A program made the position numbers and the translations under genes. A stretch of 64,000 nucleotides of DNA, taken from the NCBI GenBank assembly GCA_965112155.1, contig OZ218098.1, one strand, 5' to 3'. Shown here one piece after another: positions 62,042 through 64,000 of this stretch; positions within the stretch are counted from its first letter, which is position 1, and each line of letters begins with the position of its first letter. Source of the DNA: Podarcis liolepis. Lineage: Eukaryota. Under the pieces are notes generated by a model that saw only the letters and a program-made list of their open reading frames with translations, had not been told where the DNA came from and did no database searches.

Positions 62042-62621
62042 TGCTGCTTTTATGGGTGTGTTGACTCCCCTAAATCTCTGTGTCAAATGGGTGCTGAGTC
62101 TAACGGGCGTTGGTGTTTAATCAATGCTTGGTGCATTACGATGGGCTACCAAGCACTGAATTTAGCAGTGTCAAAGTATAGGCCCAACCAGTTTTTCCCG
62201 TGTGCAGGAAGCTGCGTGGGAGAAGGTAGGCCATTAGCAGGGAACGAGAGATGGGCTATCAACAAATGAAAGACTCTGAGCCAGCCAGAGAGTGGGAGAA
62301 GCCTCTTCCTGAGCTCTGAGATAGTAAACAGAGACAAAAGGAGAGCAGAAGGTTTAGGATTTTGAGGGCTCGGGGAAGTGTCCATCTGCTAAATGCAGTG
62401 AGCTGGGGAAGGGGTGTTGGAGCACAATGTGGGCTCCCAGCCATGAGAGAAAAAGGACCCTCTTGGATTGTGATAATTTGATCCCCTCCCTTGTAGGTTC
62501 AGGTTGTATATATATCATAAAGGCACCACAGTCTCTGCTGTGCATCATTCACAAAAGGAAACATAGACCTTGGAAGAGTGCATTTGAAATCCCTGGAATC
62601 TCGTACCATTTGGCTTGGACA
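62042..62621 (+). mobile_element. Probable solo LTR inserted into a SINE
   Basis: An approximately 580-bp block, starting TG and ending CA, separates the 5' (61915-62041) and 3' (62622-62667) halves of a SINE that is contiguous in other copies. No clear TSD. Confidence 0.5.
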
Positions 62622-64000
62622 CTAATGGGCTGGATGAATTCTGCATAAGGCAGGTTCCTATGTTCCTACAATAAACTGCTGGTCAAGCTATCTTCTTTGC
62701 TATAACTGCTTCTGCTAATATGGTGTGCCTGTTGTGACCAAGTCATTTTCTTATGTGGCTGAGAGTGCTCAGGTTTTTATATAACTAATGCCAAGAATGT
62801 TATGATTTGATACAGCCTTTCTGCCTTAAATGCCACTCGTGACGATTATGTCATCCCACAGCTGAATACCTAAGGGCTGTGTGATAACCACCAGCTAAGG
62901 CTTGGATTCCTCACAGCTGGATGCAACAAAGCCCTTGGCTTTGCTAAAATACCTTTACAGGAGCATCTGAGCTGCCTGCAAAGCACTGATCAAACATTTA
63001 ACAGGATAAGGAAGTAGCTGCCAAAAGCTTCTGTGTCAACTGCTGAAAAAAAGGCATTGTACAATGAATTCAAATCCAAAGGACCATCCACAAACTCAGT
63101 TCTTCCTTAATTTATATCTCAAATTTTCAGCTAAAGATTTAAACCCAGGCTGGGCTATGCACAACATTCCTCTAAAATGTCCTTTCTCCCCATAGTACTG
63201 GATCTGACAATTTATGCATTAGGTGGTGATTTTTCCTCATCTATGCTGTCACCTTCACTAGCTGTTCTCTTTATTCTTTAAGATTCAGTGTAATATTACT
63301 GAGCAGAGCTTAAAAGACACAAGGAGCAATCCTATATGGAACCAGATCAATGGTCCATCTACTACACTATATTCACATCGGTCTTCCCCAACCTGGTGAA
63401 CTCCAGGTATTTTGGCCATGCTGACTGAGACTGATGGAAGGTGTAGTCCAAAACATCAAATTGGGGCAGGCTGATCCGTGCTGACTGGTGAGGGTCCAAG
63501 GCAAAGGTCTTTCCAAAGTTGCTGCTTGAAACTTTTGAATTGAAGTTGTCACTGACGGAACCTGAGACCTCATATATGTAAAAACAAGCATTCCACCTTT
63601 GAGCTATGAACTCTGCCGCTTTTAGCTGTGCTTGTCTTTTTAAATATGGTTAACATCAATTAAAAAGGAAATTGGGCAACCAGGGGGATATCTGAAGTCC
63701 TCCCGGTGCCAGAAAGTTAAGTAATCAGTCTTCCATAAAATTATATATATTTAAGAATATTAAATGCTCATTGTGAGCAGCCAGAAACTATTCTAAGACT
63801 CTTAAAGGGACCCTTCTCTCAAAAGAAAATGTTGTGAGCCACTAAAAGGATTGTTTAAAAAGCCTAAGTGCAAAAGGGGGCCTCTTCTAAACATAAAAGC
63901 AATGTTCAACATCACATGAATGGCCATGATTATATTTCCCTTTCTTTCTCCTCCCATCAGCACATCCCTGAGTCCCCATGTGCCCTTAGGGGTCTCCCAA

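Larger units (their letters stand above)
1..64000 (-). other. NRXN3: Internal part of the neurexin-3 (alpha isoform) gene body; almost entirely intronic
   Basis: Two minus-strand exons in the expected order (SS6 microexon, then EGF3 exon). No flanking LNS5, LNS6 or beta-specific exon was recognisable, so both outer introns extend beyond the window. Confidence 0.93.

Noticed and set aside
1-64000. Prokaryote-type systems (CRISPR arrays, operons, defence islands, prophage)
   Set aside because: The sequence is vertebrate intronic DNA with very low coding density; all tandem repeats are simple microsatellites without unique spacers.

Overview
Vertebrate genomic DNA, almost certainly from a squamate reptile. 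The SINE/LINE/MITE repertoire (Sauria SINE, Squam3-like SINE, BovB, L2 with (TTA)n tails, a Penelope-type inverted repeat) points to a lacertid lizard. The whole window lies inside the neurexin-3 (NRXN3) gene on the minus strand. Only two coding exons are supportable: the 120-nt third-EGF-repeat exon (49032-49151), and a 27-nt microexon missed by the ORF track (58285-58311, VELTKADLQ) matching the alpha-neurexin alternative splice site 6 (SS6) insert. The rest is intron filled with transposon relics, microsatellites and one assembly gap; the other ORFs are chance or transposon-derived. The most notable non-coding observations are: a perfect 96-bp-arm Penelope-derived palindrome with a minimal hammerhead-ribozyme core on each strand; a candidate 44-nt frameshifting cryptic exon 2.2 kb downstream of the EGF exon; a full-consensus REST/RE1 site; and several promoter/enhancer-like motif clusters. 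No wholly new biological system can be claimed from sequence alone. Family names and orthologue sequences are from recall, not from database searches.
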